Shown: positions 40,057 to 50,018, counted from the first letter of the stretch. The stretch: DNA of 64,000 bases from a bacterium (GCA_963662285.2 CAXXMV010000006.1:64001-128000), one strand, 5' to 3'. The notes: a model not told the origin generated them from the sequence alone. Program-made: numbers and translations.

Positions 40057-40686
40057 TTACGGCGACGCTTGCTCTATGGAATCACTGTTTGCTTTATTTT
40101 CCAGACTCTTCACCCAGCTCTGTGGATAGAGTCCGTATGATTCAACCTGTTGGCCGGTTTCATTAAACAGATCAATCTTCATCAGCCCTTCATTGTCCAA
40201 TCCGATCAAGCCCCTTCGCTTCTCATGATCATCAAACAGCGAAATATGCGGAACGCCGCTTTCCTTCAAACCATATACCGAACGCATTCGACCCTGGTCA
40301 TCGAAGAATTTCAGTAAGGGATAACCTTCCACACCCACGCCGAAATGGGCGCGGGGATTCTGCATCTTATCCAGAATAGTAATTGCTGATGATCCAAGTA
40401 TCACCCGGTATTCACCGTCATCTCCGGTAACAATGTATTGCCGGGCGGTAAGGGATTTTTGTGAAGATAGCATAAAGGTGATAAGAAACGCAATCACCAA
40501 TATAATTGCGGTTCCACACAACGAAATCGCCGTAATTAGAAGACGGTTTCGTCGCTCCAGTTTGGAAACACGCGACTTGGCAACCTGCAACTCACGCGCA
40601 ATGACTTTAACGGCAATATTTATGTTGGGCTTTTTTAACATATTTATACTATGACGAAACAGTAAAAAGTTAAAAACTGCTTTCAT
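40057..40686 (-). CDS. Hypothetical single-TM protein with ~22-aa beta repeats
   Basis: Coiled coil plus TM, then repeats GxPxLxxFDxxGxxRxxxGL; start uncertain. Confidence 0.6.
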   Translation of the reverse strand: MKAVFNFLLFRHSINMLKKPNINIAVKVIARELQVAKSRVSKLERRNRLLITAISLCGTAIILVIAFLITFMLSSQKSLTARQYIVTGDDGEYRVILGSSAITILDKMQNPRAHFGVGVEGYPLLKFFDDQGRMRSVYGLKESGVPHISLFDDHEKRRGLIGLDNEGLMKIDLFNETGQQVESYGLYPQSWVKSLENKANSDSIEQASP

Positions 40687-40841
40687 GATTTCAACAATTT
40701 GTAGATATTCAAGGTTGACTCATACGAAATATAGTGTGAGTTTCGTCCTACATCCACTTTTAGCCGACTCATCATACTATAGCGCTTGCCCATTGCATAC
40801 GCCAATTGACCTCTTCAGATTGTTAAAAAAATTGCAAAAAA

Positions 40842-40890
40842 TAGAGCGATTCTCAAAATGATGTTCGTTTATTATCACGTTTAGTCTTTG
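40842..40890 (-). mobile_element. Truncated MITE-like repeat, copy 4
   Basis: TAGAGCGATTCTCAAAATGATGTTCG..TATCACGTTTAGTCTT matches one end of copies 1-3. Confidence 0.6.
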
Positions 40891-40933
40891 AATAAGAAAG
40901 TTATTATATAAACTTCTCTAACAGGGAAATAGA

Positions 40934-41187
40934 ATGAATGATTTCTCATCGTACTCATCAGAAATCAATTTCATCCTGGCCGTTCTTCTTAAAGTAACAA
41001 TTGTTCTTGGTATAGCGTGGATGGGAGCCTGTCTCGCTACAATCTTAACCAACAAGATCACCGATAAAAATGTCTCGCTTCAGGCATGGACGACTATGTC
41101 TCCAAGCCGGTCAATTCCAAGATTCTGGTTGACATGATGGAGAAATGGCTTCCCAAATCTGACGTATAGCGCCAAAATGATACCATC
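40934..41187 (+). pseudogene. Chimeric relic: membrane-protein N-terminus joined to a decayed receiver-domain C-terminus
   Basis: 41062-41187 reads [34 protein letters not shown], in frame with the downstream Hpt ORF; upstream LLKVTIVLGIAW resembles BlaR1/M56 N-termini. Confidence 0.65.
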
Positions 41188-41565
41188 ATGCCAACGAACC
41201 GGGAAGATAATATCTTCGACCAAGCCAATTTCATGAATCGTCTGCTGGGGGATGAAGAACTCGCCCAAGAGGTGATCGCCATATTTCTCGACGACATCCC
41301 GCTTCAGATCGCTGCAATCCGGGAAACTATGCAGCATGAAGACGCGGCTCGAATTAAGCATCAAGCCCATAACCTGAAAGGCGCCTCGGCCAATATGAGT
41401 GCAGGAGTCTTGCGGGAACTCGCATTCCAAATTGAAACAGCAGCCAAAACCAACCATTTAGAACAAGTTAAATCTCTCCTTAACCAATTTGAAAATCAGC
41501 TGGAGATATTAAAAACAACTTTGAACAACCTGGGCTACCTGGCTGCGCCTGAAGACAGTCAATAA
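41188..41565 (+). CDS. Hpt (histidine phosphotransfer) domain protein, remnant of a hybrid kinase
   Basis: AHNLKGASANMSA Hpt motif. Confidence 0.8.
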   Translation: MPTNREDNIFDQANFMNRLLGDEELAQEVIAIFLDDIPLQIAAIRETMQHEDAARIKHQAHNLKGASANMSAGVLRELAFQIETAAKTNHLEQVKSLLNQFENQLEILKTTLNNLGYLAAPEDSQ

Positions 41566-41689
41566 AAAGGACTGCTCGCGATAAATATTCCGATATTTTC
41601 ACATCCCCTCTTCATTTCATCCCGTAAAATATGTTAGTATGAAACCTGTAGAATCTAATTCATCCATCAATTCAAGCAGGATATTCACC

Positions 41690-42322
41690 ATGAGAAAGCA
41701 AGCCTTCACTTTGATCGAATTACTAATTGTAGTCGCCATTATCGGCATCCTGGCGGCGATAGCGGTTCCCAATTTCCTCAACGCGCAGGTGCGGGCGCAG
41801 ATCGCGCGGGTGCGCAGCGACATGCGCTCCATCGCGGTAGCTTGCGACAGTTACCGGCTCGATAATAACGCATTCCCCTGGCCTATCCGCAACGGGCAGG
41901 TATGGAATACATCCAATCACATCGGCAACTGCATCGAACTAACCACTCCAGTGGCTTATCTCTCCACCGTCATGATGGAAGACCCCTTCATCCCGCAACG
42001 CTTCTGGCAGGATTTCAGCGCTAACCGCGCTCATCCCTCCTACGTCTACGTCTCTTACCGGGGCGACTGGGGAGTCAAATGGGGCGCCAGCAGCGCCGGA
42101 GTTCCGGTCGGAGACCTGCCCAACGGCTTCGGCCTCACCTCGCAAGGCCCCGACGGAACCGATTCCGGCGGCGTCCACTGGCCTCTGCAAGTCAAATACC
42201 TCAACAACATCCAGGCCGCCAATAATTCCCTATACCAACCATCCAACGGCCTGCGCAGCCTGGGAGACATAACCCGCTACGGCGGAGACGTCCCCGCCCC
42301 CGCAGTGTTAGGCGGCGGATGA
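41690..42322 (+). CDS. Prepilin-type N-terminal cleavage/methylation protein (GspG/pseudopilin-like)
   Basis: MRKQA|FTLIELLIVVAIIGILAAIAVP; YRLDNNAFP; SQGPDG. Confidence 0.9.
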   Translation: MRKQAFTLIELLIVVAIIGILAAIAVPNFLNAQVRAQIARVRSDMRSIAVACDSYRLDNNAFPWPIRNGQVWNTSNHIGNCIELTTPVAYLSTVMMEDPFIPQRFWQDFSANRAHPSYVYVSYRGDWGVKWGASSAGVPVGDLPNGFGLTSQGPDGTDSGGVHWPLQVKYLNNIQAANNSLYQPSNGLRSLGDITRYGGDVPAPAVLGGG

Positions 42323-42372
42323 TATATCATGATTAATTTTGTCTAAATCAGGATTGTATATAATCGGATATT

Positions 42373-42710
42373 TGTAGGGGCGTCCTTCATGGGCGCCAGA
42401 TCTATCCCACGTCCTAGGTATTGAATACACCAACGTGAAATCATAATCAATGGGCGCCAAGGGCAAGAGCGCAATGTGTCCAGCCCTTGATCAAGCCACT
42501 AACGATAGAGTGAAATTGTTTAACTTAATGGCTGGGTGGCAAGGGCAAGAGCGCATTGCGCTCAGCCCTTGATCAAGCCACCACTGATAGGATGAAATTC
42601 CTTAACTTAATGACATTGCCTTCATGGGCGCCCGATCTATCCAACAACCAGAGTATTGCATACACCAAAGTATAATCGTAATCGGGCAACCATAAAGGAT
42701 TGCCCCTACA
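42373..42710 (+). repeat. Composite REP element (GTAG-type ends, A-B-B-A' internal units)
   Basis: Ends TGTAGGGGC / GCCCCTACA; A 42384-42448 resembles A' 42619-42683; B 42451-42531 resembles 42533-42613 and contains a CAAGGGC..GCCCTTG hairpin. Confidence 0.8.
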
Positions 42711-42787
42711 TGGCTTCAATCCCACTGGGATCGATCCAGAACGAAGCCATCCAAAAGCATTGCAAATCAAGAAAGATTGTTTAACTA

Positions 42788-44251
42788 ATGACAAGCAAAA
42801 TTATTCCTAGAAGAAAACCGTTGCAGGCCAACATCGGCGTCTTCGGAGTTGGCCACGAAACCTATTGGCCTCAGTTTGATGGTTTGTTGGATGAACTGAA
42901 CAGGAAGAAAGATATTTTTATCAAAAAATTGAGCTTGTACGATGTAACCGTGACCGATTTCGGCATCACCGATAACGCCAAAAGCGCTTATGCAATGCTG
43001 CCAAAACTAAAGGCGGCGAATCTGGATTTGATATTTTGCGATATGCTGACCTACGCCACTTCGAGCACCTTTGGAATTATCATACGCGAAATGGATGTTC
43101 CCATTGTATTGGTGGCGCTCCAGCCGTTGCAGTCTTTGGATTATAAAAAAGCATCGACTTACATGCAACTGTGTAATGATGATTTATGCTCAGTTCCAGA
43201 ATTCACCGGAGTCGCCATACGTATGGGGAAAAAGGCGCCGCATTGTATTTTAGGAGTATTGGAAAATGATCCAATCGCCGATGCGGAGATCTCCGATTTT
43301 TGTCAAATCGCCAAAGTCATGCACGATCTCAAAGGCGCCCGAATCGGTATGATGGGGCATGTTCTGGAAGCAATGCTTGATATGCACTCCGATCCCGCCA
43401 TGTTCACAGCTGGTTTCGGCTGTCATATCGTTCAGACTGAGCCGCATGATGTTTACCGGCATTACAAAAATATTACTGATGCAGAAATCAAAATCGAGTC
43501 GGCCAGGATTCTGGATTTTTTCGATACTCCCGAACCAAAATCCGATCCAATCACGCGCAAATTGACTGACGAAGATTTAACAACCGCCGCCAAGGTTTCT
43601 GCTGCCCTAAAAAAGTTTATCGGGGAAAAAGAACTGGATGGTCTGGCCTATTATTATGAAGGTGAACCCGATTCAGAGTTGAGAAAAATGGTGACAAACT
43701 TCATAGTAGGCAACTCGATGTTAACCGCCGCCGGATTTCCCATGTGCGGAGAGTTAGACCTGAAGACCTGCATTGCCATGTTGATAATGGATCGCCTGGA
43801 TATCGGAGGCAGTTTCGCTGAATTCCACCCTATCGATTTCAAGGAAGGATTCGTTCTGGTGGGGCATGACGGGCCGCATCACATTAATATCGCTGAAGGC
43901 CGTCCGGTTTTAAGAAGCCTGCTTAAATATCACGGCAAACCCGGTTGTGGAGCGAGCGTCGAGTTCAAAATAAAAGAAGGTCCCATAACCATGCTGGGTA
44001 TAACCAGCACCTATGAGGGTAAATTCAAATTTGTCATTGGCGAGGGAGAATCGATGCACGGCCCAATCCCTCCAACCGGAAATACCAACACCAGAGGATA
44101 CTTCAAACCCGATATCCGCACATTCTTAAAACGCTGGGTAGCAGAGGGACCAACCCACCATTATGCACTGGGCATCGGGCGCCATGCGGATACTATTCAG
44201 AAAATTGCCGGTTTCCTGAATATCGAATCGGTTATTGTTGGAAGAGATTAG
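42788..44251 (+). CDS. L-fucose/L-arabinose isomerase family protein
   Basis: TYATSS, CGELD, SFAEFH, GHDGPHH, GPTHH motifs. Confidence 0.85.
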   Translation: MTSKIIPRRKPLQANIGVFGVGHETYWPQFDGLLDELNRKKDIFIKKLSLYDVTVTDFGITDNAKSAYAMLPKLKAANLDLIFCDMLTYATSSTFGIIIREMDVPIVLVALQPLQSLDYKKASTYMQLCNDDLCSVPEFTGVAIRMGKKAPHCILGVLENDPIADAEISDFCQIAKVMHDLKGARIGMMGHVLEAMLDMHSDPAMFTAGFGCHIVQTEPHDVYRHYKNITDAEIKIESARILDFFDTPEPKSDPITRKLTDEDLTTAAKVSAALKKFIGEKELDGLAYYYEGEPDSELRKMVTNFIVGNSMLTAAGFPMCGELDLKTCIAMLIMDRLDIGGSFAEFHPIDFKEGFVLVGHDGPHHINIAEGRPVLRSLLKYHGKPGCGASVEFKIKEGPITMLGITSTYEGKFKFVIGEGESMHGPIPPTGNTNTRGYFKPDIRTFLKRWVAEGPTHHYALGIGRHADTIQKIAGFLNIESVIVGRD

Positions 44252-45726
44252 TGAGGCTTGATATGGGACCGGGATTGGCAATTTTTATAGTATTGGGTTA
44301 TTTTGTTTTCTTGCTGGTTATTTCATATTTCACATCCAAAGACAGTAGTTCAAGCGCATTCTTCATCGCCAACCGCAGTTCACACTGGTTTCTGGTCTCT
44401 TTCGGCATGATAGGTGCGGCGTTATCGGGCATCACATTTATTTCCGTGCCCGGCGAAGTCTCCGTCACCCAATTCGCTTATTTCCAACTTGTCATCGGAT
44501 ACGTTTTAGGAATCGCGCTGGTTGCTATTGTCTTACTTCCATTATATTACAAATTAAATCTAGTATCGATTTACACTTTTCTCGATCAACGCTTCGGCTT
44601 TTGGTCTTATAAGACCGGAGCGGTCTCTTTTTTCATTGCGCAAAGCATGACATCAGCTTTCAAACTTTACCTGATGGCCAGCGTTTTGCAAATTTCTTTT
44701 TTCAATGCATATCACATACCTTTTTACGTCACTGTTCTAATAACCATTCTTCTAATATGGTTATACACATACCGTTCGGGGATCAAGACCATTGTATATA
44801 CAGATATTCTACAAACCACTTTTCTATTGCTGTCAGTTGTCATCAGCATCTATGTGATCGGAAAAGAACTCCACTTATCGGCTGTTGGTCATGTACAGAA
44901 TTTCCTGGATTTCAGCCAATCCACCATGTTTATCTGGGATTGGAATTCAAAACAGAACTTTTTCAAATATGTATTCACCGGGGCTTTCATGACTCTGGTG
45001 ACCAACGGACTCGATCAAAGCATGATGCAGAAGCACCTTACCTGCCGTAATCTGCGCGAATCACAAAAGAATATGTTTTGGTTTGCGGTTATGTTGCTCC
45101 TGGCCAATATTATTATTTTGTACCTGGGTCTTCTTCTGGTGCAGTACGCTGATATCAAAGCCATTCCCATTCCGGGAAACAAAGACGACCTATATCCATT
45201 GTTGGCCATAAATCACATGAGCCTGGCCGCTGGAATATTCTTCCTTATCGGAATATCCGCCGCCGCCTATTCCAGTTCAGACTCGGCGCTGACAGCGCTG
45301 ACCACATCTTTCTGCATCGATTTTCTGGGTTTCTCCAAAAAGGATGACAATAACATAACAAAGCGCTGCATGATTCATTTAGGCATCGCTCTTTATTTGT
45401 ATGTGCTGGTCATAAGTTTTCATCAGATAAAAAGCGCCAGCATCATCAGCGCCTTTATTACAGCTTCGGGCTATACCTACGGACCATTGTTGGGATTATA
45501 TGTACTTGGCATTTTCACCCGAATACGGGTGAGAGATGCATTCGTACCATTCATCGCATTATTATCTCCTGCCATTTCGTACCTTTTTTACCTGAAATCA
45601 GAAGAATGGTTCGGGGGATATAAGTTTGGCTACGAAATTTTAATCCTCAACGCCGCTTTAACAGTTTTGGGATTGATAATTTTCAAACAGAAAAGAAACA
45701 GTAATCCGACTACCCAGGATGCATGA
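44251..45726 (+). CDS. Sodium:solute symporter (SSS family)
   Basis: FFIANR, SGITFISVPG, GIKTIVYTDILQ, GLDQSMMQK; ~13 TM. Confidence 0.92.
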   Translation: MRLDMGPGLAIFIVLGYFVFLLVISYFTSKDSSSSAFFIANRSSHWFLVSFGMIGAALSGITFISVPGEVSVTQFAYFQLVIGYVLGIALVAIVLLPLYYKLNLVSIYTFLDQRFGFWSYKTGAVSFFIAQSMTSAFKLYLMASVLQISFFNAYHIPFYVTVLITILLIWLYTYRSGIKTIVYTDILQTTFLLLSVVISIYVIGKELHLSAVGHVQNFLDFSQSTMFIWDWNSKQNFFKYVFTGAFMTLVTNGLDQSMMQKHLTCRNLRESQKNMFWFAVMLLLANIIILYLGLLLVQYADIKAIPIPGNKDDLYPLLAINHMSLAAGIFFLIGISAAAYSSSDSALTALTTSFCIDFLGFSKKDDNNITKRCMIHLGIALYLYVLVISFHQIKSASIISAFITASGYTYGPLLGLYVLGIFTRIRVRDAFVPFIALLSPAISYLFYLKSEEWFGGYKFGYEILILNAALTVLGLIIFKQKRNSNPTTQDA

Positions 45727-45728
45727 AT

Positions 45729-45928
45729 CCCCTCTCCCACCGGGAGAGTATGGGTGCCAAGGGCAAGAGCGCATTGCGCTCAGCCCTTGATCAAGCCACC
45801 ACTGATAGGATGAAATTCCTTAAGTTAATGACATTACCTTTTATGGGCGCCCGATTAGCCCGTAGGCTCGATAATTGCAAAAACCAAATAGGATTCATAA
45901 TCGGGTAACCACAAGGGTTACCCCTACA
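45729..45928 (+). repeat. CCCTCTCCC palindrome plus 178-bp B-A'-GTAG repeat (direct repeat of 42533-42710)
   Basis: 45751-45928 is colinear with and equal in length to 42533-42710; ends CCCCTACA. Confidence 0.8.
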
Positions 45929-46050
45929 GTTATTGGATAATCGTTACCAATAAATATTATTAAGGAATATTATTTATATGACGTTTCCTTTGGCGATCTT
46001 ATTGAAGTAAAAGATGTAGATAAAAATCAGCACGCCGGGATACGACCAGG

Positions 46051-46091
46051 TGGGCGGCAAGGGCAAGAGCGCATTGCGCTCAGCCCTTGAT
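46051..46091 (+). repeat. Single CAAGGGC-type REP hairpin
   Basis: TGGGCGGCAAGGGCAAGAGCGCATTGCGCTCAGCCCTTGAT. Confidence 0.8.
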
Positions 46092-46131
46092 TAAACCGCC
46101 TATTATAAGGTAAGGTCGATACTAAAAAATA

Positions 46132-47478
46132 ATGACTAAAAACACAAAACCCATCTTCATGGAAACAGAACGCTCTTTCCAGGAATCCTTCCAAAAAACG
46201 CCAACTTTCATCATCCGCGCTCCCGGACGCGTAAACCTGTTGGGCGAGCATACCGACTACAATGGACTGCCAGTGCTGCCTATGGCCATTGACCGTTGCA
46301 TCGTTATCGCGGGATGCGCCAGAGATGATCAAACAATTCAAGCCATATCTTCTCATCACCAGAATGAGTCAATCACTTTTGATCTTCGCCACTCTATCCC
46401 CAAACATACCCAGGGACACTGGGTCAACTACGTCAAAGCAGGCATCCAGGGCGTCATTTCAAATATTTGCAAAGATGATCAAATCAATGACCTCAGTGGT
46501 TGTGATATTTTCCTATCAGGGGATATCCCGCCCGCATCAGGGCTATCCTCATCATCCGCATTGGTAGTGGCCTCAGCCCTGGCTTTGCTGCATGCCAATC
46601 AAATCACCTACGATCCCCACGTGCTGGCTGAGTGGATGGCGGAGGCGGAATGGTTTGTAGGAACCCGTGGTGGAGGCATGGATCAGGCCGCCTGCCTCTT
46701 GGGTCGCGCCGATCATTTACTCAAAATCGATTTCTTCCCTCTTAAAGCCAATCCGGTTCCCTGGCATCCCGATTATTCAGTGGTGATATGCGACAGTGGA
46801 GTCCAGGCCAAAAAAACCGAAGGAGCGCTGCAAGCCTACAACCTCCGGTCAGCCGAATGCCAACTGGCCAAACTGCTATTAAATAATTATCTCGACAAAT
46901 CAGGAAAACCCATTTCAATCAACCGCCTGGGCGACTTATTGCACCCCCCTCATTCCTATACTTACGACGACCTCAATCAGTTAATCCAACATGCCCTGCA
47001 AGATTCTTATGATTTAGAAGAGATTATTTCAATATTAGCTAACGAGAAGGCAGCGCTTGATATTCTCAACGATTGCTCCATTCCAGCAGACGCCAATCAA
47101 CAATTTCACTGCGGCAAACGATACCGGCACATTGTTACCGACGGGCAGCGCGTTGAACAAAGTCAGGATTTGTTGCTCAATCAGGATATGCATAGTTTTG
47201 CAAAATGCATGCGCCTTGGACACCAAAGCGCACGGGATGATTTCGAAATCTCATGTCCAGAATTAGACCAACTAGTAGAACTGGCATTACAAAACGGCGC
47301 CATAGGCGCCCGCTTAACCGGCGCCGGATTCGGGGGATCAACCGTAAATATAGTTCATAAAAAACAAATCGAAAGTTTCACAGAAAAAATGCAATCAACC
47401 TACTATCAGGATCAATCCAAACCAACCAAAAATTCCATCCTCATAACCAAGCCATCCAATGGAGCTGAATCAGTTTAA
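46132..47478 (+). CDS. galK: Galactokinase / GalNAc-kinase-like GHMP sugar kinase
   Basis: PGRVNLLGEHTDYNG, PPASGLSSSSA, GGMDQ, GARLTGAGFGG. Confidence 0.85.
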   Translation: MTKNTKPIFMETERSFQESFQKTPTFIIRAPGRVNLLGEHTDYNGLPVLPMAIDRCIVIAGCARDDQTIQAISSHHQNESITFDLRHSIPKHTQGHWVNYVKAGIQGVISNICKDDQINDLSGCDIFLSGDIPPASGLSSSSALVVASALALLHANQITYDPHVLAEWMAEAEWFVGTRGGGMDQAACLLGRADHLLKIDFFPLKANPVPWHPDYSVVICDSGVQAKKTEGALQAYNLRSAECQLAKLLLNNYLDKSGKPISINRLGDLLHPPHSYTYDDLNQLIQHALQDSYDLEEIISILANEKAALDILNDCSIPADANQQFHCGKRYRHIVTDGQRVEQSQDLLLNQDMHSFAKCMRLGHQSARDDFEISCPELDQLVELALQNGAIGARLTGAGFGGSTVNIVHKKQIESFTEKMQSTYYQDQSKPTKNSILITKPSNGAESV

Positions 47479-47500
47479 TAAAGGCGCTTCATTTGTCATA

Positions 47501-48916
47501 TCAATTGATAAATGTTTTTTTGGTTTCTTCTATCCTGGCTTTAAAATCTATACAGGTGTCATAAAGATTTTCCTGAATACCTTTCTTGTAAGGATTGACA
47601 TATCCTAATGCTTCCTCGATATGTTCAAGAGCCGTATCGATATCTCCGTTTTTTCTGGAAATTTTAGATAAATAATAATAGACAATTGCTTTCAAAGTGT
47701 CATCATCGGTTTGATCCAGAATTTGCTGATAGAATTCAACTAGTTTATCTTGAGGCATTGTCGAAGATATTGAATGGAAATATATTTGCGAACAGTTTGC
47801 GGCTGCCAGAGTGCCTGGGAAATTATCCATAACAAACCTGCATATCTCCAATCCTTTTTTTCCTTTACCGCTATTCACCAATCCTATTTGCTGCATATCA
47901 TACAAACTGGCAACGCTTTCAACCGGTAAATCCTGCTTCATCGAATCATCTTTGAACCAGTCGCTTTCAATCAAAAATGAAGCGAATTCATCCATATTCT
48001 CCATCTTTCTTCGCTGAATCAAGAGATCCCGCGCCAGCCTCAGCGCCGAAGCGATGATCTTTTCATCCTTGCCTTCATTGCGTTTCATGAATTTGGTGAA
48101 AGCGGCTTCAGCGGCGGGGAAATTCACGCCTTGCTTGTATAGGATGGAGGCTTTGTAGAGGGGAATGTGCTTGTACTCGCGGTGTTCTTTCTTTTTCGAA
48201 AGCAGAACATCGATTTCATCCAATATGCTAACCGCTTCATCGGGGTATCCATCTTCTGCCATACACAGTGCTTTGGCGATTCGGGTGAATATCGGCTTAT
48301 CAGTGATATCATCCAGGCGTTGGGACACATCATCCACCACTGATATCGAAGGATCATGGTTCTTGGCCATGCGCAGAAGGGTCAGGAATATCTCCAGAGA
48401 TTCCTCTGCGCCCAGGTAGTTCTTGTATTTATCCAGACCGGCGATGCGGTTGAATTCCAGGATGCATGATTCAGCCATGCGGCCGCTTTCGATTAAACTT
48501 TCACTATAACGCAGCATGGCGTTATGCCAGTTATTGCTGATAGCGTCCTGGAAAAAAGGTTTCGCCAGGTCCCATCGATGCAGACGGGTCAACATTTTGC
48601 CCCATGCCAACATGGCTTCCCGGTGCGCCTCACCGTCAACCGGTAAACGTTTCATGGCCGATTCAATGGCGTTCAATGTCTGTTGGTTCTCGTCCTTATT
48701 GGTGGCGTATCGAATTGCATCCTGCACGGCTTCTTTGATTACCTCGATATCACCAGCTTTCAGCAACATCTCATTGGCATACAGAAAGCGCTCGTATGAC
48801 CGTTTTACCAGGCGATGCTGCTGGTATTGCTCAATCCCAATCACATCATCATCTGCCAGGGCAATACAAGAAGAACAAATAAATAACAATACCAATGAGT
48901 AATACATAAAACGCAT
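47501..48916 (-). CDS. Secreted alpha-helical TPR-like protein
   Basis: Signal peptide (ALA|D); helical repeats, C-terminal TPR YYYLSKISRKNGDIDTALEHIEEAL. Confidence 0.65.
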   Translation of the reverse strand: MRFMYYSLVLLFICSSCIALADDDVIGIEQYQQHRLVKRSYERFLYANEMLLKAGDIEVIKEAVQDAIRYATNKDENQQTLNAIESAMKRLPVDGEAHREAMLAWGKMLTRLHRWDLAKPFFQDAISNNWHNAMLRYSESLIESGRMAESCILEFNRIAGLDKYKNYLGAEESLEIFLTLLRMAKNHDPSISVVDDVSQRLDDITDKPIFTRIAKALCMAEDGYPDEAVSILDEIDVLLSKKKEHREYKHIPLYKASILYKQGVNFPAAEAAFTKFMKRNEGKDEKIIASALRLARDLLIQRRKMENMDEFASFLIESDWFKDDSMKQDLPVESVASLYDMQQIGLVNSGKGKKGLEICRFVMDNFPGTLAAANCSQIYFHSISSTMPQDKLVEFYQQILDQTDDDTLKAIVYYYLSKISRKNGDIDTALEHIEEALGYVNPYKKGIQENLYDTCIDFKARIEETKKTFIN

Positions 48917-49165
48917 GATAATACACCTCGTATAAAATATTAATACAAATAATTTTTCAGGTCACAGAACAACGCGCCGTTTAAACATATAAAGAAAGAT
49001 TATCGGCGTCAAGCATAACATTATAAACAATAATGCAATAATAATTTATAATATGCATTATAAGCAACTGTATTGATGAAATAAGATGCGCATTACCTAT
49101 TGATTGAAGATAAGGTAAATATGAGTTTTTTGATTATCAACCTTAATAATCAAACTTGAAAAAAC

Positions 49166-49191
49166 AAAAAGCCCATGAAAATGGGCTTTTT
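49166..49191. terminator. Intrinsic terminator (symmetrical)
   Basis: AAAAAGCCCAT-GAAA-ATGGGCTTTTT. Confidence 0.75.
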
Positions 49192-49237
49192 GGAGGGGAT
49201 ATTTGATGATAAATAAAAAATAATTTTGCGAATCGCT

Positions 49238-49918
49238 CTAATTAACTGAAATATAATCGGGCGTTATAAAGAGTTCTCCTTCGATGAATCCAAGGGCTTC
49301 GTAGGCGCCTCTGAGCGTCTCCAGAGCATCTTCCACCACTCTTCGGTGTGGAAAGAGCAAGGAATCACTTGTGCAAGCCTGGATCACCTTCTGCTTGGCT
49401 ATACGCATGCCTTTTTTTACAAATAGGGTATAGATGAACATAAGGCGTTTTTTCATGGCTTCGTCATCTTCATAGACCAAAGCCTGTTTTAAGGGGAAGA
49501 GAACTTTTTCTCTTTCCTGAGGAGAACCCGGATCATACCAGGAGGTTACCTTACTGGCCACTTCATCTCGAGCCAATTGAAGAAAATAACCTAGTTGTTT
49601 ATCCGATAGAGGACTTTGGCTGCGGGCGAATCTACGCAGAGTATGATTCAAGGCTCTTCGAAGAACTCGCGGTTCTATATCATACCCGTAATGGCCTAAA
49701 TGCAGTTTTTTGAAGTAGCGGGTTAAGTTTTTTAAAGATAATAATATTTCATCCACCAACAGAAAAGCATGTTTTTTGGCAAAAGATTTTGCTACAGGCT
49801 CATCAATCTTCCATTCACGGGTCAGATATACTTTTAATCTTTCCCGGCGTTGCAGTTCATCAGCTGAAGGTCGTCGTCGCTTTTTCGGTTTAATTGAAGA
49901 AAGAACAGTTTCCTGCAT
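49238..49918 (-). CDS. Hypothetical basic protein divergent from dnaA
   Basis: 226-aa ORF with GAGGAG RBS; no recognised motif. Confidence 0.65.
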   Translation of the reverse strand: MQETVLSSIKPKKRRRPSADELQRRERLKVYLTREWKIDEPVAKSFAKKHAFLLVDEILLSLKNLTRYFKKLHLGHYGYDIEPRVLRRALNHTLRRFARSQSPLSDKQLGYFLQLARDEVASKVTSWYDPGSPQEREKVLFPLKQALVYEDDEAMKKRLMFIYTLFVKKGMRIAKQKVIQACTSDSLLFPHRRVVEDALETLRGAYEALGFIEGELFITPDYISVN

Positions 49919-50018
49919 GAATATTACTCCTCATAATATGCGCAAGCAATTCAGTGCTTCCATTAGAAAGTCTGCATAAAAACGCTCTTGTTCGCGTGAT
50001 TATCAACGAAAAATTTGT

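Noticed and set aside
42451-42613. Two palindromic ~40-bp repeats 82 bp apart resembling a mini CRISPR array
   Set aside because: The 'spacers' are near-identical to each other, the unit recurs singly elsewhere and there are no cas genes; it is a REP-type repeat
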